Positions 1-9,243 of a stretch of DNA of 64,000 nt are shown here, piece after piece. This DNA comes from Candidatus Fimimonas sp. (GTDB lineage Bacteria > Bacillota > Clostridia > Christensenellales > CAG-314), in contig JAZRHU010000074.1 of NCBI GenBank assembly GCA_045644945.1, positions 97 to 64,096 on the forward strand, in the 5' to 3' direction. Each line of letters starts with the position of its first letter. The first letter of the stretch is position 1. A model generated the notes under the pieces. It had not been told where the DNA came from. It was given only the letters and a program-made list of their open reading frames with translations, and did not search any database. Both the position numbers and the translations under genes were made by a program.

Positions 1-1
1 T

Positions 2-2320
2 CACGAATTTGAAGAAGTTGTTAACGAAGAACTCAAAGTTTCCGACGCAACTTGCACACAACCTGCTACTTACAAATTGTCCTGCGAATGTGGCGCTATT
101 AGCGACGAAACATTTGCTCACGGCGAAGCTCTTGGCCACACAGAAGTAATCGACGCAGCAGTTGAAGCAACTTGCACAGAAGCAGGTCTTACTGCTGGTA
201 AGCACTGCTCCGTTTGTGAAGCTGTTATTGTTGCTCAAGAAGTAGTTCCAGCTACTGGTCACAAATTCATTGACGGCAAGTGTGTTTGCGATCTCGAATA
301 CGCTCCACAACTTCCATGGCTCCTCACAACTGAACTCAAAGATGGCGACCACGTTCTTATTGGTGCACCTGCTTACGGCAAACTTCTTTCCGCTGAAAAA
401 GTTAATGCAACTTCCTACTACAACAAGGGTGTTAACTACTCCGCAACAGATTTTGCTAACGTAACAGATGCAGAAATCTTTGTTGTTAAAGTTAACGACG
501 ATGGTACTTACACATTTACATCCCTCACAGGTAAAGTGATTGCTCTTGCAAGCTCCTACTCCTCTCTTAACGAAACTGGCGAACACAAGTCCTGGGCTCT
601 TACATCTAGAGGCGACGGCACATTCCTCATGAAGAACACAGGCCGTAACACATACCTCGAGTGGTACAGCTCCAAGGGTAACTGGAGCACATACACCGCT
701 GGTAACACAAAGGAATACTACCTCTCCTTCTACGTTAAGAACGCAGACTACTCCGAAGAACACGTTCACAACCACATCAGCGCTGTAACAGCTCCAACTT
801 GTACAGAAGCTGGCTACACAACTTACACTTGCGCATGTGAAGACACATACACAGTTACTGGTGCAGACGCAACAGGTCACACATTCGTTAGAGGCATTTG
901 TGCTTGTGGCGAACAAGATCCTACATACGTTGACTACTACCTCATTGGTTACATCAACGGTGCCGACTACGGTAACGCTGGCGACTGGGAAAACCTTGGC
1001 GAATACAAGTTCGTTGATGGCACTCTTGTAGTAACATTTACTGCTGATAGCTACGTTGGTATCAAGTCCGCTAACCTCAAGGGCGAAATCGTTGGTTGGT
1101 TCTGGAGCAAGAACTACGAAACAAGCAACGTAGGTACATTCGAACACGGCAAAAACTACGGCGAAAAGATGTTCATTTCCGGCAACGTTCAAACAACATT
1201 TACACTTGTTGTAAACGAAGATGGTTCTCTTACTCTTTCCGTTGAATACCACAAACATAGTTACGAAACAAACGTAACTCCAGCTACTTGCACAACAGCT
1301 GGCTACACAACACACACTTGCGCTTGTGGTGATAGCTATACTGATACCCCAGTTGAAAAGCTCGGCCACATCGACGAAAACCTTGACGTAGACTGCGACA
1401 GAGAAGGTTGCACAAGCAAAATTGCTCCAAAGGCAGACAGCACACTTAGTCTTGCAACAGCAAATGCTCTTGGCGCTAAACTTAGCACATCCAACCAATA
1501 CTACGTTGAAGGTAAAATCGTTAGATACTACTCCGAAGGCGACGTTAAAAATGGTATCTTTTGGATTGCTGACGAAAACGGAACTGAACTCCTCATCAGA
1601 ATGCCTATTAACGATGCTGGTTCCACACACTCCGCTTGGGACTTTAGACTTGTAATTGGCGACACAGTAAGATTCTACGGCAAGTTGGGCAAGTTCTCCG
1701 CACAATCTGCACCTGGCGGATACTACCCTGTTATGCAAGGTGGTTTGTTTGTAGAATACATCTCCAAGCACACTTGTGACTTTACAACTACACCTGCAAC
1801 ATGCTTTAAACCTGCTTACTGCGACTGTCTTGCAAGCCAAGGCGCACCAGCTGACCACGTTGACGCTAACGCAGATAACGCTTGTGATAACTGTGGTTTG
1901 AATCCAAACTACAAACTTTCCAGCATTTCCACATGCCTAAAGGACATCAAAACAACTGATGCATACGATGCAACAGCAGGCACAGCAACATTTGTAGGGG
2001 CAGACTTTACAGCTGTTTTTGCAAAGGGCACAGCTTCTCTCAACTCAAACGGCACCGACCACATGAGATTGCAAAAAGGTAACACTTTGACAATTTCCGC
2101 TAACAACGGCAAAAAGATTTCTGCTATCACATTTACGGCATCATCTGCTTCCTATGTTGACGAAATGGAAGCAATCCTTACAGGCGCTGGCATTGCATAC
2201 GAAGTAAATGGTCTCAACATTACAATCACAGTAAACAATCTTGATTCTTTCACACTTACCAACTCCGTATCAAAGATTGCTCGTATTGCTGCGATCCACA
2301 TCGGCTACACCGAAGCTTAG
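2..2320 (+). CDS. Cys-repeat secreted/surface protein; 5' end lies upstream of the window
   Basis: Frame is open from nt 2 (HEFEEVVNEELKVSDATCTQPATYKLSCECG...), so the TTG at 77 in the ORF track is not the start. At least 5 copies of a C-T-x-x-G-x-T-x-x-x-C-x-x-C motif (TCTEAGYTTYTCACED, TCTTAGYTTHTCACGD). TAG stop is followed by a terminator. Confidence 0.7.
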   Translation, partial: HEFEEVVNEELKVSDATCTQPATYKLSCECGAISDETFAHGEALGHTEVIDAAVEATCTEAGLTAGKHCSVCEAVIVAQEVVPATGHKFIDGKCVCDLEYAPQLPWLLTTELKDGDHVLIGAPAYGKLLSAEKVNATSYYNKGVNYSATDFANVTDAEIFVVKVNDDGTYTFTSLTGKVIALASSYSSLNETGEHKSWALTSRGDGTFLMKNTGRNTYLEWYSSKGNWSTYTAGNTKEYYLSFYVKNADYSEEHVHNHISAVTAPTCTEAGYTTYTCACEDTYTVTGADATGHTFVRGICACGEQDPTYVDYYLIGYINGADYGNAGDWENLGEYKFVDGTLVVTFTADSYVGIKSANLKGEIVGWFWSKNYETSNVGTFEHGKNYGEKMFISGNVQTTFTLVVNEDGSLTLSVEYHKHSYETNVTPATCTTAGYTTHTCACGDSYTDTPVEKLGHIDENLDVDCDREGCTSKIAPKADSTLSLATANALGAKLSTSNQYYVEGKIVRYYSEGDVKNGIFWIADENGTELLIRMPINDAGSTHSAWDFRLVIGDTVRFYGKLGKFSAQSAPGGYYPVMQGGLFVEYISKHTCDFTTTPATCFKPAYCDCLASQGAPADHVDANADNACDNCGLNPNYKLSSISTCLKDIKTTDAYDATAGTATFVGADFTAVFAKGTASLNSNGTDHMRLQKGNTLTISANNGKKISAITFTASSASYVDEMEAILTGAGIAYEVNGLNITITVNNLDSFTLTNSVSKIARIAAIHIGYTEA

Positions 2321-2391
2321 TTCAACCTAGCCACAGTTGCACCACTTGATTTATCACAACATCACTTGGTTGCAAACAACTAAACAATTTT

Positions 2392-2421
2392 GGCCTAACA
2401 CAATTGTGTTGGGCCTTTTTT
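2392..2421 (+). terminator. Rho-independent terminator
   Basis: GGCCTAACAC-aatt-GTGTTGGGCC followed by TTTTTT. Confidence 0.8.
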
Positions 2422-2461
2422 GTTGGCACTGCCACATTTTTCCAAAATTTGTGCAGTTGTG

Positions 2462-2490
2462 TTGAAAATTGCACTCCGTTGTGGTATAAT
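2462..2490 (+). promoter_or_regulatory. sigma-A type promoter
   Basis: TTGAAA, 17-nt spacer, TATAAT. Confidence 0.6.
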
Positions 2491-2559
2491 GGGGCATATC
2501 GCAAGTTTGGTTTGTAGTTGATGACATCAAACGTTGCAAATGAAACAAAGGAGAACAGG

Positions 2560-3462
2560 ATGGCTTTTATCGAAACAAATCATACCGAAGTTGTTTTGCG
2601 CAAGCTAAAAAGCGACATAGACGGCTTTATGAAGTTTGTGCGCATTGCCACCATGGTGGGATTTTCCGCTTGGTATGTGTACCTGATTGCAACAAACTTT
2701 GCATCCATCCCACACTTGATTGCCTACATAGTGTTGTTTGCACTGGTACTTGTTACCTTTTTTGCCGAAAGGAGCTTCAAGCCAAAACAAAACGACAGTC
2801 GCAAAAACAAGCGCAAAAAGGTGGAAAAGCACCGCAACTTTAGCCTGACAACCAAAGTCATCAAGTACAGCGCAAAGTGCGTTACCATCGGCTTGGCATT
2901 GCACGCATCCATCACCAACCCAACATCCGAGTGGGATTTGATACTGGACATTGTGTCCGCCGTGATGCTACTTGTATCCGTTTTGAGCGAAATTGTTACC
3001 GGGTTTATCAACAGATACATCGACTACTTTAAGATTAGTGTTGCAATGGACATTGGCAACAGCGGAGTTGTAAACACCGTCAAGGACGTCATGCGGGCGT
3101 TTGGCAACAAACAAATGCAATTGGACGACATCAACAGCGAACTTGGTGGGGACGAAAGTTTGTACACCGAGCAGGAAACAAAAATCCGTCAAATGCTTGC
3201 CGACGAAGCGAAAACGCTAAAAGCACAAAAGGCGGAGCGCAAAAAGGAAAAATCCAAGTTGATTGATGAGCAACTTGCCGAAAAAAAGGCACAAAAGAGG
3301 CAAATCAAGGCGGACCAAGTTGCCGCTGCCAAGGCGGAAAAGAAACGTATCGCCGAGGAAAAACGTCAAGCCAAGCGCGCCAAGGCAGAAGCAAAACGTG
3401 CCGAGAAAAAACGCCTTGCCGAAGAAAAGCGTCAAGCAAAGAAAAACAAAAAACCACAATAA
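2560..3462 (+). CDS. Hypothetical multi-TM protein with Lys/Ala/Glu-rich repetitive C-terminal tail
   Basis: ATG at 2560 is preceded by AAAGGAG; the ORF-track start at 2518 has no SD. Hydrophobic helices, then a tail KAEKKRIAEEKRQAKRAKAEAKRAEKKRLAEEKRQAKK. Confidence 0.6.
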   Translation: MAFIETNHTEVVLRKLKSDIDGFMKFVRIATMVGFSAWYVYLIATNFASIPHLIAYIVLFALVLVTFFAERSFKPKQNDSRKNKRKKVEKHRNFSLTTKVIKYSAKCVTIGLALHASITNPTSEWDLILDIVSAVMLLVSVLSEIVTGFINRYIDYFKISVAMDIGNSGVVNTVKDVMRAFGNKQMQLDDINSELGGDESLYTEQETKIRQMLADEAKTLKAQKAERKKEKSKLIDEQLAEKKAQKRQIKADQVAAAKAEKKRIAEEKRQAKRAKAEAKRAEKKRLAEEKRQAKKNKKPQ

Positions 3463-3471
3463 GCAGTTTCG

Positions 3472-3505
3472 CCCCAGTATATTTGAGATACTGGGGTGCT
3501 TTTTT
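3472..3505 (+). terminator. Rho-independent terminator
   Basis: CCCCAGTAT-atttgag-ATACTGGGG then TGCTTTTTT. Confidence 0.8.
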
Positions 3506-3516
3506 GTTTACAATCG

Positions 3517-3545
3517 TTGAAATAATCTAAAATATGTAGTATAAT
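3517..3545 (+). promoter_or_regulatory. sigma-A type promoter
   Basis: TTGAAA, 17-nt spacer, TATAAT. Confidence 0.6.
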
Positions 3546-3662
3546 GTTGGCAAATGTGATATTTGTGAGAGTTTTTGCGCTGATGGTTGGCCTTTTAAAT
3601 TGGGAGAACTTGCATCGCACGCAAAACTTGCATCACAATGCACACTACCAAGGAGGTTTACC

Positions 3663-4841
3663 ATGGCAACAAAGAACGAACTTTTGGCGCAACTTTACGC
3701 AATCAAGGCGGGCTTGTCCATCATCTCACAAGAAAAGGACAAAATTGCTGGCGCAGAAAAAAAGTTGAATATTCTACAACAAGAAATTGATTCCCGCAAA
3801 AGCCAGATAGCAAAATGCGACCAAGAGATTGCAAGCGCTAAAAAGTCTATTGACGATGCACAAAAGCAGCCCTTGACAATGTTCGTCCAAAAACGCACTG
3901 TGGACATCAAAAAAAGCGGGTATATCATTCCATTAATGCTCATTTTCTTTTTTGGATTTATGATTTTTGTGGGTGCTCCCATCAGTATGCTTTTGGTGCC
4001 AAACGAAAACTCCACAGGTCAAGCATTGGCAGTATTTGGGATTGCATTTCTTGGAGCCTTGATTGGTGCATTGCTTGCAGGACCAATACACAAAAAGGAT
4101 GTTGCTAAAGCGCAAGCCAAAGCCGAGCAAGAGTGGCAAGATGAAGTTGCCAAAGCTCGCGCACAACACAAACAACGTAATCAAACGTTGATTGACAATG
4201 CAAACAAAATTATTGCATTCCAAACTACAACACGCACATCCTTGCAACAACAACTTGACTCTCTTACCGACAAATTCAACACACAATATGAAATCTACAC
4301 CGAACAAAAGGACCTATCCCTTGGATTGGCAAAAACTGTGTACGATGCTTTGATTGCCGAGTACGCAACTGTGCTGGACCCACGCGATTGGAAAAACATC
4401 GACTTTATCATTTTCTACTACGAAACTGGCCGTGTGGATACCCTCAAGGAAGCATTGATCCACGTGGACAAACAACGTCAAACAGACACAATTGCAAAGG
4501 CCATCAAGCAAGCCAGCGCGGAAATCAGCAGTACCATCAACACAAGCATGACAATGCTTCGTGGCGACTTGAACAGTTGCTTTGGTGCGCTTTCCACTCA
4601 GTTGGACAAATCCATGCAAATTCAATTGCAAGCACTTGAGCAAAGCAACGTTGCACTTGGAGCACTTTCCGGTAGTGTTAGTCAGCTTGGTAGCAAATTG
4701 CAAACGTCTTTGAATGCTCTTGGCAACGAGCAAGCGCTTACAAATGCGCTACTTGACAAAGTTGCCACAAGTAGTGATGCACTCGTCAACGACCTCAACT
4801 ACGTGATGGGTTACAAGGCGCCCTACTATCTCAAAAAGTAA
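3663..4841 (+). CDS. Hypothetical coiled-coil membrane protein
   Basis: ATG at 3663 is preceded by AAGGAGG. N-terminal coiled-coil, two central hydrophobic helices, long Q/L/S-rich helical C-terminus. I recognise no family. Confidence 0.6.
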   Translation: MATKNELLAQLYAIKAGLSIISQEKDKIAGAEKKLNILQQEIDSRKSQIAKCDQEIASAKKSIDDAQKQPLTMFVQKRTVDIKKSGYIIPLMLIFFFGFMIFVGAPISMLLVPNENSTGQALAVFGIAFLGALIGALLAGPIHKKDVAKAQAKAEQEWQDEVAKARAQHKQRNQTLIDNANKIIAFQTTTRTSLQQQLDSLTDKFNTQYEIYTEQKDLSLGLAKTVYDALIAEYATVLDPRDWKNIDFIIFYYETGRVDTLKEALIHVDKQRQTDTIAKAIKQASAEISSTINTSMTMLRGDLNSCFGALSTQLDKSMQIQLQALEQSNVALGALSGSVSQLGSKLQTSLNALGNEQALTNALLDKVATSSDALVNDLNYVMGYKAPYYLKK

Positions 4842-4856
4842 CACCATTGGAGAAAC

Positions 4857-5606
4857 ATGAACAAACTTGGCAAATGGCTAAAAACTGAATATATGGAAAC
4901 AAAGTTGCTTCTACGTTGCGTGCCTGCAAGCGTGGTGACGTTGTTTGTTGTAAGTGTCATTTGCATGAACATCTTGGCAAACAAAACGCTTGTGCAACTG
5001 CCTTGGATTGCGCTGGATGGTGGCATTTTGATATCTTGGCTGTCCTTTATGTGCATGGACATACTCACCAAGCACTTTGGGCCAAAGGCATCCAACCGCA
5101 TTTCCATCTTGGCGGTGATTGTAAATTTGCTCACTTGCTTGATATTCTACATTGTTAGCATCATCCCATCCAACGCCAACGACTACACCGCTTTGAACAC
5201 ACTTTTGGGCGGTACGTGGTTCATTTTGGTGGGTAGCACCATTGCTTTTGTGTGCTCCTCATTCATCAACAACGGGCTCAACTTTGTTGTGGGCAAGTGC
5301 TTCAAAAACAATCCCGATGGCAAGCTTGCATTTGCGTGCCGAAGTTACGTATCCACCTTTGTGGGACAATTTTTGGACAATTTGATTTTCTCCGTGATTG
5401 TATTCATGGGGTTTGCGCCCATCTTTTGGGACGGATTTTGTTGGACCTTTGTTCAATGCGCGATGTGCGCGTTGACAGGGGCCGTTGCGGAACTAATTTT
5501 GGAAATTGTGTTTTCGCCCATCGCATACAAAATCTCCCAAAAATGGAAAAATGACGGCGTTGGCAAGGAATACTTGGACTACATCGCCAAAGGACATCAA
5601 CAATGA
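4857..5606 (+). CDS. yhhQ: Queuosine-precursor transporter, VUT/YhhQ family
   Basis: About 6 TM helices; N-terminal pattern VPASVVTLFVVSVICMNILANK...LDGGILISWLSFMCMDILTKHFG matches my recollection of YhhQ/DUF165. SD GGAG upstream. Confidence 0.65.
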   Translation: MNKLGKWLKTEYMETKLLLRCVPASVVTLFVVSVICMNILANKTLVQLPWIALDGGILISWLSFMCMDILTKHFGPKASNRISILAVIVNLLTCLIFYIVSIIPSNANDYTALNTLLGGTWFILVGSTIAFVCSSFINNGLNFVVGKCFKNNPDGKLAFACRSYVSTFVGQFLDNLIFSVIVFMGFAPIFWDGFCWTFVQCAMCALTGAVAELILEIVFSPIAYKISQKWKNDGVGKEYLDYIAKGHQQ

Positions 5607-6256
5607 AAGTTTTAGTAACAGGTACATCTCAAGGAATTGGCAAGGCCATTGCCGAGTTATTTTTGGCAAAGGGCCACAACGTTGTGGGAATTGATAGGCA
5701 ACGTGGCACTATCGCACACGCAAACTACATCCACCACCAAGTGGACGTGCGCGACTACCAAAACTTGCCACAAGTTGACGGAGTGGAAATTCTCATCAAC
5801 AATGCCGGCACCCAAAACGAAGCGGATATCGACATCAACTTGAAAGCACTTGTGCACATCACGGAAAAATACGGTGTGCAACCAAACATCAAGTCCATAT
5901 TGAACATTGGCTCAGCAAGCGCACACACTGGTTCGGAGTTCCCCGAGTACGTTGCAAGTAAGGGTGGCGTGATGGCCTACACCAAAAACGTTGCGCAACG
6001 TGTTGCAAAATTTGGCGCAACATGCAACAGTTTGGACCCCGGTGGAGTGCTTACACCGCTGAACGATTGCGTGGTTAACGATACCGAACTTTGGGCGCAA
6101 ATCATGGACCAAACTCCATTGAAGCGCTGGGCCACCGCGGACGAAATTGCCGAGTGGGCATACTTTTTGACGGTCACAAACAAGTTTTGCACCGGCCAAA
6201 GCATTTTGGTAGACGGTGGCGAAAGCATCAACTACCACTTTGTGTGGAAGGAGTAG
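5603..6256 (+). CDS. Short-chain dehydrogenase/reductase (SDR) family oxidoreductase
   Basis: TGTSQGIGKAIA Rossmann motif, NNAG, YVASK (YxxxK). ATGA overlap with the yhhQ stop. Confidence 0.8.
   Translation: MKVLVTGTSQGIGKAIAELFLAKGHNVVGIDRQRGTIAHANYIHHQVDVRDYQNLPQVDGVEILINNAGTQNEADIDINLKALVHITEKYGVQPNIKSILNIGSASAHTGSEFPEYVASKGGVMAYTKNVAQRVAKFGATCNSLDPGGVLTPLNDCVVNDTELWAQIMDQTPLKRWATADEIAEWAYFLTVTNKFCTGQSILVDGGESINYHFVWKE
6222..6246. repeat. Direct repeat A1 (25 nt), 3' end of the SDR gene
   Basis: aaagcatcaactaccactttgtgtg, identical to 6764-6788. Confidence 0.95.
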
Positions 6257-6259
6257 ACT

Positions 6260-6730
6260 ATGGATGAAAATAACAAAGGTACTGTTGTTGCGGTAAAATA
6301 CTTAGCGCCTGAGCTGTACATTAGTTTGTTTTTTTCCCTTTTAGTAACATTTATGTCTAGTGTGGCGTTCTACCTAGAACCCGAGCGAATTTTATTACTC
6401 GTGTTAGGATTAGCATTCTCTCTTGGAGTCATTATTACATTGCTCAAAATGATAGAGTATTGGATACGACCAACTGCCGTAATAAAGGACTTTGGCGATA
6501 GATTTACTGTTTACTACGCATTGGGAAAAACAAGAACTTTTAGATATGACGAAGTTCAGGAGTTTGTTGCTATAAAATTTACTAGAGACAATGAAGCAGG
6601 TGTAAAGCATGGTGCTTTAGTTTTCAAATCATATGGTAGGACATACAGAACCGGAGTGATTAAATATGTGGACACTGTCCGAATGATACTAAACGGCAAA
6701 CGCCCCTACTACCCAAAACAACAATTATAG
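6260..6730 (+). CDS. Orphan 2-TM protein with small soluble C-terminal domain (cassette X)
   Basis: SD GAAGGAG is created at the repeat junction. AT-rich, with many TTA/ATA/CTA codons that are rarer in neighbouring genes. Two hydrophobic helices, then a beta-rich domain (possibly bacterial PH-like, weak). Confidence 0.55.
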   Translation: MDENNKGTVVAVKYLAPELYISLFFSLLVTFMSSVAFYLEPERILLLVLGLAFSLGVIITLLKMIEYWIRPTAVIKDFGDRFTVYYALGKTRTFRYDEVQEFVAIKFTRDNEAGVKHGALVFKSYGRTYRTGVIKYVDTVRMILNGKRPYYPKQQL

Positions 6731-6735
6731 TTTAT

Positions 6736-6755
6736 AATAAGAAATGCGTGACGAA
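6736..6755. repeat. Direct repeat B1 (20 nt), left half of a terminator hairpin
   Basis: aataagaaatgcgtgacgaa, identical to 7700-7719. Confidence 0.95.
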
Positions 6756-6763
6756 ATGTCACA

Positions 6764-6788
6764 AAAGCATCAACTACCACTTTGTGTG
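6764..6788. repeat. Direct repeat A2 (25 nt), orphaned copy of the SDR 3' end
   Basis: Identical to 6222-6246; here it reads ...agc atc aac tac cac ttt gtg TGA. Confidence 0.95.
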
Positions 6789-6828
6789 AAAAAGCAGGCA
6801 ATTGGGCATAATTTTAGTTTGAGAAAGT

Positions 6829-7686
6829 ATGAAAAACTGGAAATTTAGAACAATTTTTATATTGGTAATTATACTTGGCGTTGTACTACAATTTTTGCGT
6901 TTGTGGTTGAGCGATGCTAAGTGGCTATCATACATTGGCTCGCCCCTAATGTGCGTGGGTATTGTTTTGTTGGTAAGTTCCTTTAGTTACGGAAAGGGCA
7001 CAAAAATTGTCAACGCTAACAAAGTACCACCAATAGCACCAAGAACTGACGAGGAAGTATTTATAGACAATCACAAGTACTGCGATTTGCAAGATTTTGA
7101 AAAGTGCTTGAAACTTTTTTACTCTCCTGATAGCAAAAGTAGGTTGGTTATCTATCAACCAAGTGATGGTCGTGTACTGGCAAGATTGCAAGTGCTTGAA
7201 ACATACGATTGTGACATCACAGCTAATATTATTCACTGTGCACATTGGCGAACCATTGCTGGCAAAGATAGTCACTACGCTGATGTTGACACCGCTTTGA
7301 AAGACTACGAAAACGAGTTGAACAAAGGGTACGAAGCGGAAAGAGTGGATGAGCTTGCGCCCTATGTTTGGGACGGCCATCAAGAGTATATTGCAGAAAT
7401 AACTTGGCTAACAGAGGCACAAGGGGGACGGAAAAACATTCCATCTGGAAGCAGGTACTGGCCACAAGTGATAGTGATTGGATCGAATAGTGATATACCA
7501 CAATACAGCATCATATTGAGAAACATTGCGGGTATCTCAAAGTACAAAACTAATGCATTTGTAAAATACGCCTTTCCTGGTGCACCTAACGATTTGCGCG
7601 AAAACGTAAAATTTTACGTATGCGAAGGAAATCGAAAAGTGGCTAAAGGTATCATCAAATGCAAAAGAGAAAATATTGATGTTTAG
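6829..7686 (+). CDS. Orphan 2-TM protein with EF-Tu domain-III-like C-terminus (cassette Y)
   Basis: N-terminal hydrophobic helices. C-terminal AEITWLTEAQGGRKNIPSGSRYWPQV...FYVCEGNRKVAKGIIKCK parallels EF-Tu domain III [26 protein letters not shown]...[18 protein letters not shown] as I recall it. AT-rich codon usage. Confidence 0.55.
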   Translation: MKNWKFRTIFILVIILGVVLQFLRLWLSDAKWLSYIGSPLMCVGIVLLVSSFSYGKGTKIVNANKVPPIAPRTDEEVFIDNHKYCDLQDFEKCLKLFYSPDSKSRLVIYQPSDGRVLARLQVLETYDCDITANIIHCAHWRTIAGKDSHYADVDTALKDYENELNKGYEAERVDELAPYVWDGHQEYIAEITWLTEAQGGRKNIPSGSRYWPQVIVIGSNSDIPQYSIILRNIAGISKYKTNAFVKYAFPGAPNDLRENVKFYVCEGNRKVAKGIIKCKRENIDV

Positions 7687-7699
7687 TAAAGATTACATA

Positions 7700-7719
7700 A
7701 ATAAGAAATGCGTGACGAA
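7700..7719. repeat. Direct repeat B2 (20 nt)
   Basis: Identical to 6736-6755; here it is part of the complete terminator hairpin. Confidence 0.95.
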
Positions 7720-7740
7720 TTTCGTCACGCATTTTGTTTT
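7706..7740. terminator. Bidirectional terminator between convergent genes
   Basis: AAATGCGTGACGaatttCGTCACGCATTT, flanked by an A-run and TTTTGTTTT. Confidence 0.8.
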
Positions 7741-7769
7741 TGCCTACATGTTAGGTGGCAAATGTTGCA

Positions 7770-8420
7770 CTACTTTTGTTGTGTTTTGTCTGCTTGCTCG
7801 GCGGTGAAGCTTTGCATGGTTTTGTCCAAGATGTCTAGGCAGGAGCCAATGCTTTGGTCATCGATGATGCCATTTAGCAAGTTGGCAAGCTTGCAACGTT
7901 TTTCAACATCGGGGATATCCTGCGAGTAGATACTTTGGGCGTTTTGGCAAACAAGTTTTACCGAAGCAACAAAGTCGGTCAAGGTCATTTCCTTGTTCAA
8001 CAGTTTTTGACGCGCACTGCCAAAGTACAAAATTTGGGTGTAGAACGCGCCAAACAAGTCGTCCTTCAAAATGCTTTTCATGCTTTTGCCGGAAAGGGAG
8101 GAAACAAACTTGAAAATTACCGTTGCAAGTGCGCCGATGGTTGCAGTATCAACTGCGCCGGCCATCAAAACGGCAAAGGTAAACTGGGTAACACGCTTTA
8201 CAAAGATTGCATCCACCACTGCGCAGACTGCACCAAACACAAAGGGAAGTAGTACGGCAAAGTCGAACTTGTGGAGGATGTCCACATCCACCTTGTTTAC
8301 AAACAGTTTTTTGCACAGTTGGGTGGCAAGGCAAGTTACCACGGCGTACATCAAAAAGTAGGCGTTTTCGCTGTTTTTGATAAAGTTAAACAGCGACTGA
8401 ATGAAAGTTTCAAAATCCAT
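7770..8420 (-). CDS. Hypothetical membrane protein (about 3 TM plus helical C-terminal domain)
   Basis: ATG is preceded by AAAGGAG. I recognise no family. Confidence 0.55.
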   Translation of the reverse strand: MDFETFIQSLFNFIKNSENAYFLMYAVVTCLATQLCKKLFVNKVDVDILHKFDFAVLLPFVFGAVCAVVDAIFVKRVTQFTFAVLMAGAVDTATIGALATVIFKFVSSLSGKSMKSILKDDLFGAFYTQILYFGSARQKLLNKEMTLTDFVASVKLVCQNAQSIYSQDIPDVEKRCKLANLLNGIIDDQSIGSCLDILDKTMQSFTAEQADKTQQK

Positions 8421-8493
8421 TTTTGTGATTCTCCTTTGGAAAGGACAATCCCAAACCTTTCATGTATTTTTGTCACAAAGTGGCTTTGAGGCA

Positions 8494-8521
8494 ACAAAAA
8501 AGCGTCAACCTTTGTGACGCT
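8494..8521 (-). terminator. Rho-independent terminator
   Basis: Minus strand AGCGTCAcaaaggtTGACGCT followed by TTTTTT. Confidence 0.7.
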
Positions 8522-8562
8522 TTGATTGTACTATACGATTTTTTGTTTTGCAACATTATGTG

Positions 8563-9243
8563 TCAAAAATTTGTTTTTGTTAAGGTGAGTGTTTTTACAA
8601 AGTAGTTTGTGGAAATGTACTTGTCATCCGCTATCACTTTGTGCTCCAAGGTGGATTGGTCCGCCAGTAAAAAGGTGTGGTCAAACTTGTTGACACCAAT
8701 TGCAACGTCATTTTCCACAATCACGTCAAACGCCATGAGCAAATGCGTGTAGTGGTAGGTTTCTATCAATTTGTCCGGCTTGGTGCCATTGCCCTTTTTG
8801 TACTGCAATGAGGTTTGTGTGATGACGTAGTCTTTGGCAATGTCCAAGGCACACTCGGGCAGGTCGTACTTGAGCAAAAAGTAGTCCTTGGATGTGCTTG
8901 AGTAGTCACTACCATCGTACCAATGGGCTTTTGGGGTATCAAGTGTGCAAATGACGTAGCTGTGTTCGTACTTGCCTGTGCCTTGCACTACTGCACCAAC
9001 AAAGTTGCCGTTTGCAACAAGGATGTTTTGCAAAGTGATTGGGTAGTAGTTTGTCCAACTGTCGGAGTAGTTATCGTTAAAGTCGGTACTTTCGCTTTCG
9101 CCATGCAGTTTGACGTAGTAATACTTGGCTTGATCCATCAACCTTTGGCAATCGGCTTGGGTGTACTCCGCCAATTTGAGATATTGTTTGTGATAGGTGA
9201 CAATTTCGCAATCTTGTTGCGTTGCAATTGTGTAGAGTTTCAT
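8563..9243 (-). CDS. Hypothetical soluble protein
   Basis: First ATG is at 9243 (MKLYTIATQQ...); alternative TTG start at 9261. No recognisable motif. Confidence 0.5.
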   Translation of the reverse strand: MKLYTIATQQDCEIVTYHKQYLKLAEYTQADCQRLMDQAKYYYVKLHGESESTDFNDNYSDSWTNYYPITLQNILVANGNFVGAVVQGTGKYEHSYVICTLDTPKAHWYDGSDYSSTSKDYFLLKYDLPECALDIAKDYVITQTSLQYKKGNGTKPDKLIETYHYTHLLMAFDVIVENDVAIGVNKFDHTFLLADQSTLEHKVIADDKYISTNYFVKTLTLTKTNF

